Shown here: in pieces, positions 24,905 through 36,356 of the stretch
How positions within the stretch are numbered: position 1 is the first letter of the stretch
Layout of the letters: every line of letters starts with the position of its first letter
Source: Callorhinchus milii
Taxonomy: Eukaryota
Assembly (NCBI RefSeq): GCF_018977255.1
Contig: NW_024704743.1
Span: 37,140,001 to 37,204,000 of the forward strand
DNA length: 64,000 nucleotides
Reading direction: 5' to 3'
Notes under the pieces: model-generated
What the model saw: the letters and a program-made list of their open reading frames with translations, nothing else
Databases searched by the model: none
Told to the model about the DNA's origin: nothing
Program-made: the position numbers and the translations under genes

Positions 24905-25412
24905 AATAATAATAATCCTTGCATTTGATATAGCGCTTTCCTCGTCTTCTCGACGTCTCAAAGTGCTTCACAGAATATGCTGTAAAGTGAATTGACAGTA
25001 TATTTGTGGGTGAAACGCGGCAGCCAATTGCGCACAGCAGTGTCCCACAAACAGTCGTGGATTGAAAATGACCAATTTATTATTGTTTCGTTTTGGAGGC
25101 ATTATTATTAAGCATGTGGAGTAAAGAAACTTGCCCAAGGTTTCACCCTGCCTGGAATTTAACTCAGGATGTAAAACAAAGCCAACCCCAGAAAGCATTG
25201 ATTTCAGGAAAGCATCACGGAAGTTCGTTAAAATAATAATAATAATAATCCTTGCATTTGATATAGCACCTTATATTGTTTAGATGTCTCAAAGCGTTTT
25301 CACAGAATATATTGTAAAGTGGTTTTATTATGTATTTTGTGGGTGAAACGCAGCAACCAATTGCACACAGTAGTGTCCTACAAACAGTTGTGGATTGAGC
25401 GACCAAATTATT
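24905..25412 (-). mobile_element. Two tandem SINE family A fragments
   Basis: Two (AAT)n-CCTTGCATTTGATATAGC tails at ~24905 and ~25232, each followed by the core. Confidence 0.87.
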
Positions 25413-25584
25413 ATTAAATATATAAAAATTTTAATATAATCAACAATAGTCAGACAGCATGGCAATGTTTATTAAAATTAAATGATGTTAACCATTTTCT
25501 TGGGTTTTTGTAAACCTCTGTTAAAAAAAAAACCCATAAGAACTATGCGACAATTGCCAAATTCTCTCCATGTGCAGTAATTAG

Positions 25585-26295
25585 AATATAAGAACATAAG
25601 AAATGCTAGACGAGAAAATACCAAGGTCCATCTAGTTCGCCTTCCACCTTGCTGGTGGTCGCAAGCACGTATGTTCCAAACTACCTATGCACTATATCCC
25701 ATAATGTTGTTTCCTAAAAGAAAACTATCTAATCTGTGTTTGAAAGAATCATTACTTCCTGCTTCAACCAACTCCCTAGAGAGCCTGTTCCACAGGTTCA
25801 CTATTCGCTCACTGAAATAATGTTTGCATATATTCGTTCTGAATTTACCCCCCTTCAATCGCAAGCTGTGTCCTCTGGTTTTACTATTCTGGACAAGTTG
25901 AAACAGCCAGTCATGATCTATATTGTCTTGGCCCTTTAGGATCTTAAAGACAGCAATCATGTTGCCTCTCAATCTTCTCTTTTCCAGCGTGAACATGCCC
26001 AGTTTACTTAGTCGCTCCTCATATTCCAGTCCTTCCATTCCCTCAGTCATTTTGGATGCCGTCCTCTGTATCTTCTTGATTTCTCCAATATCCTTTTTGT
26101 ACTGTGGCGACCAGAACTGTACACAGTACTCTAAGTATGGTCTCAGCAATGATTTATACAGTGGGAGGATTACCCCATTATTTTGGCTTGCTATTGATCT
26201 TTTGATATATCCCAACATCTGGTTTGCTTTACTCACTACCACAGAGCATTGTTGCAATAGCTTCAATTTATTGTCAATCAGGACCCCCAGGTCCA
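25585..26295 (-). mobile_element. CR1 LINE 3' fragment
   Basis: 203-aa ORF DLGVLIDNKL...LEYCVQFWSPQYKKD...RRLRGNMIAVFKIL...TRGHSLRL; tail ataagaacataagaa. Confidence 0.93.
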
Positions 26296-26344
26296 AAAGC
26301 AGGACACTAACTGTCAGAATCTAATTAAATTAAACCAGACCCAT

Positions 26345-26850
26345 TAATTTTGTAATTTGGTATAAGGATGCAGTGAGTACTGTGGAGTGATAGGAAAGAT
26401 GTTAAGGTCTTAGAGGGGTTGCAGAGGAGGTTTACCAGATTTATTCGTGAGGTGTTGGGCCACAGTTGTGAGAAGGGACTGGAGAAGCTGGGTCTGTTTT
26501 CATTGAAGAAGGTTGAGGGGGAATCTGAAAGAAGTGTCCAAAACGATGATTGGTTGTGACAGGTTAAATAGGGAGAAGTTATTTCAATTGTAAGTAAGTC
26601 AGTGATTTGGTGACTGAGGGAGCTACAAGAAGAGCGTAAGAACTTTTTCACCCAAATAGTGGTTGGGTTATGAAATGCCTTGCCAAACAGGGTGGTGGAG
26701 GTAGAGTCCGTTGTAGCTTTCAAGAGGGAAATGGCTTGAAGGGGTATGGGGATATGGCAGGGCAGTGGAACTGAATTGATCTCTTTGCTTTGTGAGGCAG
26801 TGCAGACACAGTGGGCCAAATGGCCTCCTTCTGTGCTTTAGGTTTCTATG
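26345..26850 (+). mobile_element. Degenerate CR1 3' fragment
   Basis: LEGLQRRFTR / LGLFSL / NFFTQ..V..WNALP-type sequence followed by a CR1 3' UTR (gggccaaatggcctccttctgtgc). Confidence 0.8.
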
Positions 26851-27222
26851 GGAGCCTTGTAGCTGAGTGGTTAGAGCAGTCACCTCACAAGCAAGAGACC
26901 TGGGTTCAATTCCCAGCAGGGCGAAACGTTGGGCAAGTTTCCTTACTCCACACATCTCTGTTTACTTAGCAGTAAGTAAGAACCCGGTTGTTAGTCGATT
27001 GGCAGATCTCTTTTCCGGGACTAATAATTTCTTCAAAAAAAATAATAATAATAAATTGGTCACTCAATCCGGGACTGTTTGTGGAACACTACTGTGCACA
27101 ATTGGTTGCTGCGTTTCGCCCACAAAAATACAGTCAATTCACTTTACAGTATATTCTGTGAAGCGCTTTGAGACGTCTTGAAGACATGATAAAGCGCTAT
27201 ATCAAATCCAAGGATTATTATT
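26851..27222 (+). mobile_element. SINE family A long form
   Basis: tRNA head, extra central block CTGTTTACTTAGCAGTAAGTAAGAACCCGGTTGTTAGTCGATTGGC, Deu-like core and tail. Confidence 0.9.
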
Positions 27223-27269
27223 CTTGATTTCAAGGCAGTGATATCATCTCAGACGTAAAACAGAGACAG

Positions 27270-27680
27270 GATATGTGTTAGTAGCATTCGTACTGAGTCA
27301 GAAGGTTTTGGGTTTAAATTCCACTTTGGGACTTTTGAGGTCCAGGCTGGCACTCCAATATAGTACTGTGGGAGAGCTAAATTGTCGGAGGTGCCTCCTT
27401 TGGATGATACATGAAAGCAAGGCCGAGTCTGTCTGTACATGTGGATGCTAAAGATTCCATGGAACAATGCAAAAAGTAAAGAGAGCTCTTCTGAGATCTT
27501 GACCAACAATCCCCCGATTAACAAAAATATGTCATGCACTTCATGGCTTTTGGGGGCACATTGCTGTCCGCAAATTGGCTGCTGTGTTCACCTACAAATA
27601 CACAGTCACAACACGTTAAAGGAAAAAATCTCTGGAGTATTTCAGGCACTATATCAAAAACAAGAATGCTTATTATTAAA
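27270..27680 (+). mobile_element. SINE family B
   Basis: gtagcattcgtactgagtcagaaggttttggg head through core and tail. Confidence 0.75.
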
Positions 27681-28215
27681 TAAGAAGCTACATAAATGTA
27701 AGTTTGTATTGTATTGTGTAAATAAGATAATTCAATTAAAATAGTAAGACAACAACTTGCTTTTATTAAGACAATGGTTTCTTGTTGTGATTGCTCGGAT
27801 TTCAGTGATTATTCATGGTCAGTCAATGAATTTTGAGAATGAGGCCTGATTTATCAAATTGTTGGTATAGCAACACAATTAAATCTGGTTTGTCGATGAA
27901 TAGGCCTTTCATTGTTAAATTCGCTTTGATATAAATGTCAAAGAGTCATGATTAGAAATGACTGAAATACTCTGAATATATTTCAGTGAATTCAGGTTTA
28001 GCTGTAACAATTTGCATTTATAACACAGTTTTCATGTAGGATGAATGTTCAAAAGTATTCACAAAGACAAAAGGGATCCCTAGCAAAGAGGCAAGGATGG
28101 GGGTTTAAGAGTTTGGAGAAAATGGGAGAGGTAGAGGAACCTAGGTTTGTCAGGAAATCAAAGGTGCACACAATGGTTTGAAACTTATAATAATCGTTGC
28201 ATTTGATATAACAAC

Positions 28216-28512
28216 TGTAGCTCAATGGTTGGAACGCTCACCTCGCAAGCGAGAAACCTTGGTTCGATTCCCGGGAGGGCGAAATTTTGGGCAAGTTTCC
28301 TTACTCCACACGCCTGATAATAATCCCTCAAGAAAAAAAAACTAATAAATTGGTTACTTCAATCCATGACTGTTTGTGGGACACTGCTGTGCGCAATTGG
28401 CTGCCGCGTTTTGCCCACAAATATACAATCACTTTACAGTATATTCTGTGAAGCACTTTGAGACGTCTAGAAGACGTGAAAAGTGCTACATCAAATGCAA
28501 AGATTATTATGA
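28216..28512 (+). mobile_element. SINE family A short form (CGC anticodon variant)
   Basis: tgtagctcaatggttggaacgctcacctcgcaagcgag head, core and tail; sits inside another SINE tail. Confidence 0.88.
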
Positions 28513-28569
28513 TATATTATTATATTACATAGTGCCTTATCACCTCATTGAGATATGTCTCAAAACGAG

Positions 28570-29221
28570 TTGTGCCTTGAAGGAGGCAAGGGAGGGAGCA
28601 AGGCGAAGAGATTGTGAGATGGAGTTCCAGAGAATGAGGGCAGAGAGGCTGAAAGCCTGGCTGGCGATATCTAGGGTGGGTTGGATGGGAGACATGGAGC
28701 AGGCCGGAGCCCTCTGAGCGGAGGGAGTGGACAGGTTGATAGGGGGTCAGCAGGTCAGAGATGTAGGAGGGGGCAAGGCCATGGAGGGCCTTGAAAGTGA
28801 GGGTGAGGATTTTGAATTCTATCCTCTGAAGGATGGGGAGCCAGTGGAGCCGGGCGAGGGTGGGGGTGATGGGGTCACGGAGTCTGGTGCGGGAGAGGAC
28901 ACAAGCTGCAGAGTTCTGGATGATCTGCAATTTGTGGAGGGAAGAGTTGGGGAGGCCAACAAGGAGGGAGTTTCCGTAGTCAAGCCTTGAGGTACGAATG
29001 CGTGTATGAACGTTTCGGCGGCCCGAGTGGTGAGGCAGTAGCAGATTCGGGCAATGTTGCGGAGATGAGGGAAGGCAGAGCGGGTCATGGCACAGATATG
29101 GAGGAGAAAGGACAGTTGAGGGTCGAACAAGACGCGCAGGTTCCTGACTGGCTTGGTGAGGTGGAGTGTGCATCCATGGATGCTGATGCTGACAGTGCCT
29201 GAGGTGCGGAAGCGCTGGCGC
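28570..29221 (-). mobile_element. L2 ORF2 fragment (C-terminal part)
   Basis: TSRLDYGNSLLVGLP..LHKLQIIQNSAA..ITPTLARLHWLPILQRIEFKIL..LHGLAPSYISDLL. Confidence 0.93.
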
Positions 29222-29573
29222 AAAATATTAAATACATAGACCTTCCAGAGCTTCAAAGTGTTTTGTTGGGAACTAGAGGCTGGGAATTCCACCTAATCTC
29301 AGCCTGTGTCACCATGTTGTCTTAAAATCAAGATCTCGCAGAATTGTTAACATCATTCAATTTTAATTTGAAAGCCAGTTTTTTCCCATAGTTCATCATA
29401 AACTTTCCACCTCATTTAAATTATTTTCTTCAGGATCTTTATTGCTACTCTGTGGATGTGTTACTCGCATTGGAATTCTAATCATTCTCTCCACTCTCTC
29501 TTCATTGCTGCAATAATAAAGGAAGGCTTTATCAAAAATAATGCAGTGCACTACTGCATTAGTTTGGTTTTAG

Positions 29574-29920
29574 GTGTCAACCTGGTTCAGTTCGTAGCAC
29601 TTTCACCTCTGACTCAGAAGGTTCTGGGTTCAAGCCTCACGTTGGGAATTTGAACTCACACAGACTAGGCTGACACTCCAGCACAGTGCCGCATTGTTGG
29701 AGATACTACCCTTCAAATGAGACGTTAAACTTTTCAGGTGAAGGTGAAAGATCGCACAGCACACTTGGTCATTTATTTCATGGCTGTTAGTGGAACATTG
29801 CTGTATGCAAATTAGCTGCAGCATTTCGCTCACAAATACGCAATCTCTACACTTGACAGTAAATCCTGGGAAGTGCTTTGAGAAGTCCTCCTTATGTGAA
29901 AGGGCTCTACATCAAATACA
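29574..29920 (+). mobile_element. SINE family B
   Basis: gtgtcaacctggttcagttcgtagcactttcacctctgactcagaagg head; core; tail. Confidence 0.78.
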
Positions 29921-30539
29921 TCCCGGGAATTACGCAATTATCCACCCAGGTAATTTTGCACATAATACGTTTCACTCTGCGTAGCTGCAATCATGTAATT
30001 TAGGCATCTGGCTTGTACCTCCAACTTCACCTCTCTTCCTGTTGCTCTCCACTTTGCCTCATACCTCCAGAATCAACAGGAAGAGAGGCAGAGCGGGAGG
30101 TATGATTCATAAATACATAAGTGTGCTATATAAATACAAAATTCTTGAAAACTGGCCTCCATATCTTTCTAAAGAGGCTACAATAGATTTTCCTGTATTT
30201 AAATTGTAAAAAAAAAGTCAACTTTGCATAAGTTTTACTTTTTCTGTGCATTATTCCCTGTGTGTAATCGAATGCAAGGATTATTATTATTTGGGATAAG
30301 ATCAGATACTGAGGGAAGAATTCACAACGGTTTCCAGATGTCAAAGGAGAGCAAAACAGAGAGGAAAAAGGTGTCACATAAAACTCCCACCTGAATCATA
30401 ATGTAGCAACTCAACAGGTTGCAGCCTGCAACTCAGGAAGCACACTGACAGTGTGTGAGACAGGGAGGTGTTGGTGTAAAGATGACTGTGGGAATACTTT
30501 AAAAGATCAAGAAAGGTGACTGAAAATTTGAACTGATGT

Positions 30540-31100
30540 TCAACCACATTTGGAGTACTGTACTGTGTGGAGTTCTGATCACCGAACTACATGAAGGATA
30601 TGCAACTTAAACACCATCAACTACTTGTCATCTCTATTGCAGAAAGGGAGTGAGGACAGCATAGATTTACTAGATATTGCCAGGGATGGGAGAATATAAC
30701 TATAATGAAAGACTGCACATTTTGCAGCTTTTTTTCTCGAGTGATAAGTAGACCTGAAAGAGGTATTTAACATTATAAAAGGATTTGATAAATTGCTCAT
30801 AAATAGGTTGTTTCCACTTGTTGGTCAGTCTATAAAAAGGGAGCATAAATATAAGATAACCAGTAACAGATCTAGATGAGTGTTTACACAGAGGGTGGTG
30901 AGAATGTGGAATTCACTGCCACAAGAAGTAGTTGAAGCAGGAACCATCAATTTATTTAAGAGCAAACTTGATGCATACACGATGGAGAAGGGAATAGAAA
31001 CGGTGTGGGAGAGGAACAGGGAGAGGAGATTCATGTGGACTATAAACACTGACAGGGACTGTCCCAAATGGGTGGATTCAATGCTGTACAATCTATGTAA
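30540..31100 (+). mobile_element. Degenerate CR1 3' fragment
   Basis: PHLEYC..., FTQRVVRMWNSLPQEVVEAGTINLFKSKLD. Confidence 0.8.
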
Positions 31101-32356
31101 TTCGCCCAGAAAATACAGTCAATTCACTTTACAGTATATTCAGTGAAGTGGTTTGAGACGTTGCAATGACGAGATAAAGTGCTATATCACATGCAAGGAT
31201 TATTATTATAATTTTAGGATGTAGAGCTAGGAAAGACAAACGCAGCAACTCATAAAATACTGTACTTGATGTTTCTTCTATAGAAACTAGTTATATATAT
31301 TTGATGCCTGTCATAAGTCTGTGCGGAAGTAAACAAACTACAAAACTGAAGAATGATCTTCTATGTGTGTACACTTTTACTGAGGGGAACTGGAGCTTTT
31401 CAGACACTAACTCAATCTTGTGGTTATTGTGTCGCGCTGATTCAAAGACTGATTCAAAGATAAGTGCACCCAGAAACCCGACTTGTGGCAGCCAGGTTTT
31501 ACTGGGATTTATCAGCTCACTCACCTTGTACTGTGAACACGTGATGGTTTTCTATCTATCAAAATAAAAAAATTTCTATGTAACTAAGCGCTGGAGTCCC
31601 AAGGTTCCACCTTAGTTCAGCAGCAGACTGACTGATCCAGGTTAAGGTTAGTAAATAATAAAAATAATAATCCTTGCATTTGATATAGCACCTTATCGTG
31701 TCTTTGAGACGTCTGAAAGCGCTTCACAGAATATACTGTAAAGTGAATTGACTGAATATTTTGTGGACGAAACGCAAAAGTCAATTGCACCCAGCAGTGT
31801 ACCATAGTCATGGTTTGTACAAAAACAAAATACACTTGGTTTGGGGCTGCACGTCAAGCAAAATGTATAAATTGCCCATTAAACCGTTTCAAAACAAGTT
31901 ATTATAAATATATATAAAATGAATCGCTGAATAATTTTGATCAGTGAAAATAGCACTGAGCATTCACAGAAACCCTTCTGATATGTGCGAGCTGATGTAT
32001 TATTCAGTAATGTCATACCTCAGCTGTCACAGTGTTAAAATCACTTTGCTATGCACTTGTCAATGAGATGCAGGGTATCTGTGCACAGCAACTGCCTTGG
32101 AGAATGCAGCAGGAGTCCCGAGGTGTCTGATGTGCAAACACGTCACAGAGTTTCCAGTGACACCACCATGACTGACTGTCTGACTGTCTGAGGAGGATTC
32201 GGTCATTAAGATACAAAGACACAAAGACGAAATTCCTCTTCTTGCCAAGTGTTGTGACTATACGTGCAAAATGTCAGAGTCGGACTTAGTGATAAGGGAT
32301 TTATCACTCCTGTGTGTTATTCCTGTGTTTCCTTGTAGTTCAATTTTCATTTTCCT

Positions 32357-32898
32357 GCCAGAGCCTGAGGTGCAGAGGCGCTGGCGCGAGCCAATCAGGA
32401 GGGCCTCAGTCTTGTTCATATTCAACTGCAGGAAATTTGCCCTCATCCAGGACATGATGTCCGACAGACAGTCTGTCAGGACAGCAGTGGTCCTGAAGTT
32501 GAGGGTGGAGGCAGAAAGATAGAGTTGGGTGTCATCCGCATACATATGGAAGTTGACCCCATGTCTGTGGATGATGTCACCATTGGGGAACATGTAGATA
32601 TTAAAGAGGAGAGGGCCAAGGACAGACTCTGGGGGACGCCAGACATGACAGTGCGGGGCCTGGAGGAGAAACCGTTAGAGGCAACAAAGTGGAGACGGTG
32701 AGAGAGATAGGAATCGAACCAGTCAAGGACAGGTCCACGAAGATTAAGTAAAGAGGAGAGGTGTTGTATGAGGATAGAGTGGTCGACAGAGTCGAAGGCG
32801 GCAGGGAGATCGAGGAGGACAAGGAGGCAGAGGGAGCCCTGATCACAAATGTTCAGAATGTCATTAGTGACTTTGACCAGGGCTATTTCCGTGCTGTG
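32357..32898 (-). mobile_element. L2 ORF2 fragment (RT core)
   Basis: GVPQ..LGPLLF.IYM and [11 protein letters not shown]...[20 protein letters not shown]. Confidence 0.93.
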
Positions 32899-33659
32899 GG
32901 CAGCTATACACTACTATACACTTCTTTTTATGCTCCATGTTACCTTTCCAGAGCCTTGTACCTCCTGCTAAGCAGTCACTTAGCAGGCTTGAGTGAAGCG
33001 CTCAAAACACTTCTACTAGCTGTTTGTGCTGTAGTCAGCCAGCAGTGTTTGACTTTTTCTTCCCTGATGAGAACGCTATCATCTAATCATCCCTGTGTTG
33101 CTGTGTCCCTCTATGTGCTTGAATGCTCTTTGCAATGCAGAGCACAGCAGGCTGCAAAATTAACTTGAGCCACTCAGTCCTGATGTACTGACAACCAGTA
33201 AGCATTTTTAATGGAACAAGATACTGCCAGCTAATTCTCAGGGTAATTCTTATTTTACAAAATTACCCAGAATTTCCATCTAAGACGGTAATTGAGTGAA
33301 GGTTGCAGCATTGTTTTGTTAATCTGTCGCTTTAGTCTTAAAGGCATTCCTGTAAAGGAATCTTGCCCAAAAGCCACGTGTACAAAGCAGTAACAGGCAG
33401 CAGACTGAACTATCCCATTGAGCCAGCAAGTCTTTCATTTGAATGTGTCCACCTGAGTAAAATTTTCCTTTAATTAAGGAAGTTTGTTTATTTGTTTCCA
33501 GGAACATACTCTCCATTTTACTACAATAAAGGTGTCTTAGAATTATAGAATGTTACAGCAGATACATTTTTTTTTGGTCAGCCGGGTGTCTGACACATGC
33601 AGGATACAGGCTTTGGTGCCAGGGGTAAGGAACTGCTTCAGTTTTTGAGTGATGTAAGA

Positions 33660-34085
33660 ATATAAGAACATTTGCTAGGCGCAAGAAGACCAAGGTCCAT
33701 CCAGTTTTTCTTCCACCATCCTGGAAGTCGCATGACATGCCGTTTCCCAAACCATATAGAGTATTGTGTTGTGAGATATTATTTCCAAACAGAAATCTAT
33801 CTAATTTGTTCTTGAAAGAATTAACATTTTCTGCTTTTCAGCGTCTCCTTAGGGAGCCTGTTCCACATGTTTACTACTCACTCACTGAAGCAGTGATTCT
33901 GCAGATTCGTTCTGAATTTACCCCCCTTCAGTCGCAGGCTGTGTCCTCTGGTTCTACTGTTCAGAAAAAACAGCTTATAATGGTCTACCTTATCTGGTCC
34001 CTTCAGAATCTTAAAGACCATAATCATATCGCCCCTCAACCTTCTCTTCTGCATTGCGAAGATGCCCAGTTTATCTAATCGCACC
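33660..34085 (-). mobile_element. CR1 3' fragment, same subfamily as 25585-26295
   Basis: KRRLRGDMIMVFKILKG...TRGHSLRLKGGKFRTN; shares the accaaggtccatc 3' UTR. Confidence 0.88.
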
Positions 34086-34958
34086 TCGTAGACAAATTTC
34101 AGGCTGTAAAAGCCAATTGTTGCACATTTGGTCAGTCCCAAAGTGAAAGAAAAGCTATATCTCTCAAACCCTTTAAATGAATTCTTTGCTCAATATCTAT
34201 CTAATAATCTCTGGACATTGGTGACACATTTCTATACCGATACGATCATGACTGCACAATGTGAATAGCTTAGGGTTGGGAAATTCAATTTGTTCGGAAG
34301 AGGATTTGACTGTAATTATTTAACCACAGAATAGTTTTTGATGTTCTTTTGCTGTAGCTATGCCAGATCTGACTCAGTTCATCAGATTTCAACACTGCAG
34401 GGAATGCTCAGCTGAGCTATTCAGTGCTAGATGCTAGTTTTCACTGATTCATTGAAGCCACTTTTAAATACGGTGTAAGATGAGAAGTCATTCGAAAATG
34501 TCTGAATGATTGCCTGCCTTAGATAATCTCAAGCATTAATGTAGCTTCATTACTCTGCTGACAACAATAACACAGACTGATGCAGTCGTGTTCCACTCAA
34601 GGCAACAGGAATGATTAGGAGAAGCTTTAGGATATCTGAGTGCAGATCAGAGGAGTGCAACTGCCTCATTACAGGGATTTCAAGTCATAAATTATACTCA
34701 ATAACTGTCACATGGCACAGACGGCAAATGTCTCACCACAACTGGATGAAATGTTTGCAGCTGGTAACTGCAGCAAGCTGGTTGATATTTCCTTATAAAG
34801 AAGACCCCGCTTATCCCAGGCTTTAGAAAATTACATTTATTTTTATTTAGTATCGCTTTGCCCCCTCCCTTGTCTCATTCAAAACCCATCTCCACACTTT
34901 GATTGATTCACCTTGATTGGTTTGCCAAAAGATAAGCAGCTTCTGCTCAAACTCCAAC

Positions 34959-35270
34959 TAGTCCTGTAGCTCAGTGGTTAGAGCATTCGCTTTGCAAGCG
35001 AGAGACCTGAGTTCAATTCCAGGCAGAGGGCGAAACCTTGGGCAAGTTTCCTTACTCCACACAGAGCCTAATAATAATCCCTCCAAAACCAAAAACAATA
35101 ATAAATTGGTCATTTTCAATCTACGACTGTTTGTGGGACATTGCTGTGCGCAATTGGCTGCCGTGTTCGCCCACAAATATACAGTCAATTCACTTTACAG
35201 TGTCTTCTGTGAAGCGCTTTGGGACGTCCTCCCGACGTGAAAAGCGCTATATCAAATGCAAGGATTATTA
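34959..35270 (+). mobile_element. tRNA(Ala)-derived SINE, family A short form, young copy
   Basis: A box TAGCTCAGTGG; anticodon arm with loop TTTGCAA; B box GTTCAATTCC; Deu-like core TGTTTGTGGGACATTGCTGTGCGCAATTGGCTGCC; L2-like tail and (ATT)n. Confidence 0.92.
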
Positions 35271-35339
35271 GTGGGGTTTGTGTATCCGAGCTGTGGGCAG
35301 AAAGATGGTGGCATACTCTCAAAGCTTTGTTGCTTCACC

Positions 35340-35700
35340 CTACCTCCGTGATCCTCTAACCCCATTCCAGCCTGTCCGTTCCCTCCACTCGGCGGATTCT
35401 GGTTTGCTCAATGGCCGCCACCCAGCCCACCATCGGTAGTCAGCCCTCCAGACTCTCTGCTCCCACCATTTGGAAATCTATCCCACTGTCCCTTTGCCTT
35501 GTTCCCTCGCTTGCTCCCTTCAAGGCCCATCTCAAGACCTTCTTCTTCGACCGTGCCATCAGTCACTCTCCGAGCCGCTGCCTCCCTGCCCTCCACCTCC
35601 TTCTGATCCCAACCCTCAGCTTGGTTGCATATCCTTGATTGTCCAGTGCTTCAGGCCATCGTCCTGATGTGAAAGGCACTATACACATGTAACTTATTGT
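35340..35700 (+). mobile_element. L2 3' fragment
   Basis: TIGSQPSRLSAPTIWKSIP..FKAHLKTFFFDRA plus stem-loop tail. Confidence 0.8.
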
Positions 35701-35874
35701 TACTGTTGTGTTGCTCACCAGGAAGCTCACAGGGAGATCCTGGAATCTGCCATCCACCTGGTGAGGCTCAAACCTGCTTTTGACCAATGTCAAATGACCA
35801 ACTAATGACTATCTTGCAGGGCTCAGGGGGTGGGGAGGTAAGTAGGGTCTCCTAGGTAGGGATAAACCTACCGT

Positions 35875-36356
35875 CTGGCGTCTCAGAGCTCTTTGCAATG
35901 GTGGAGCCCAAGGCCGAGCCAGGGGGAGTGTGACTGTAGGAGCGGTCGAAAAGGAAGATCTTCAGGCGCAACCTGAAGTTGGGGAAGGAAGGAGGCGAGG
36001 CAAAGGGGTTGAGGGAATTTTGAAATTCCAAAATTTCGGGGCTTAGTGGCTGAAGGCACGGCCGCCGATGGTGTAGCGGAGGATTCAGGGGATGGGGTGG
36101 AGTCCGGACCCAGTAGAGCGGAGGCAGCGGGTACCGCTGTGGGGAGAGAGGAGGTTAGAGAGATGTGGGGGTGCCAAGGAATGGAAGGATTGAAACACAA
36201 GAGTCGATCCGCTCTGTGACAGGGAGCCAGTGGAGTTTGGCAAGGACTGGGGTAGTCGGGGTACGGAGTTTGGTGCGGGTGAGAATGCGGGCCGTGGAGT
36301 TTTGAATGAGCTGAATTTTGTGAATAGTGGAGGAGGGAAGACCGGTGAGGATCCTT
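35875..36356 (-). mobile_element. L2 3' fragment
   Basis: LTGLPSSTIHKIQLIQNSTARILT..PVLAKLHWLPV. Confidence 0.87.

Noticed and set aside
34959..35035. Genuine tRNA-Ala genes (also at 44926 and 62936)
   Set aside because: No complete acceptor stem or Pol III terminator; each continues into SINE body and tail.
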